From Sphaerodactylus townsendi (lineage: Eukaryota): a stretch of DNA of 64,000 bases. The notes under the pieces were generated by a model. It was not told the origin of the DNA and searched no databases. It worked only from the letters and a program-made list of their open reading frames with translations. Made by a program: the position numbers and the translations under genes. Location of the stretch: contig NC_059429.1 in the NCBI RefSeq assembly GCF_021028975.2, forward strand, positions 61,442,001 through 61,506,000, written 5' to 3'. This document shows, piece by piece, positions 63,834-64,000 of this stretch (within the stretch, counting starts at the first letter, position 1; each line of letters starts with the position of its first letter).

Positions 63834-64000
63834 TATTCCACCGCTACGTTCTATCTCATATAATAAGCAGCTTTAGAAATAGGATATAATGCAGGATCTA
63901 GTTGGAAATCTTTTTCAAATCCATTTTCACTGTAGAAATAGATTTCACTGATGTGTTAAGACAGGGCTAGTAACAAATCTTACAAAATTACATAAACAGA

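Overview
Vertebrate genomic DNA, very probably from a squamate reptile (likely a gecko), judged from its repeats: Sauria SINE, 5S-Sauria SINE, Squam2/Squam3-type SINEs, CR1, L2, RTE-BovB and RTE-X. The whole window lies inside the transcription factor gene NFIA on the minus strand. Four coding exons (3-6 in the usual numbering; 66, 75, 118 and 128 nt) have clean AG/GT boundaries and join in frame to [129 protein letters not shown]. Everything else is intron, carrying a young-looking CR1, an RTE-X 3' end with TSD, hAT and PIF/Harbinger-type MITEs, probable solo LTRs and many SINE/LINE remnants. I found no novel protein-coding system; nearly all ORF-track entries are spurious or TE-derived. Three signals deserve a second look. 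(i) Four hammerhead-ribozyme-like cores (CUGAUGA-stem II-GAAA) of the Penelope-like-element type, one on the NFIA sense strand in apparently unique sequence. (ii) A perfect 45-bp inverted repeat whose copies are 1.44 kb apart. (iii) A nearby 23-bp exact copy of a sequence 5.2 kb away, suggestive of templated repair. Repeat family names come from recognition of consensus features, not from a database search.
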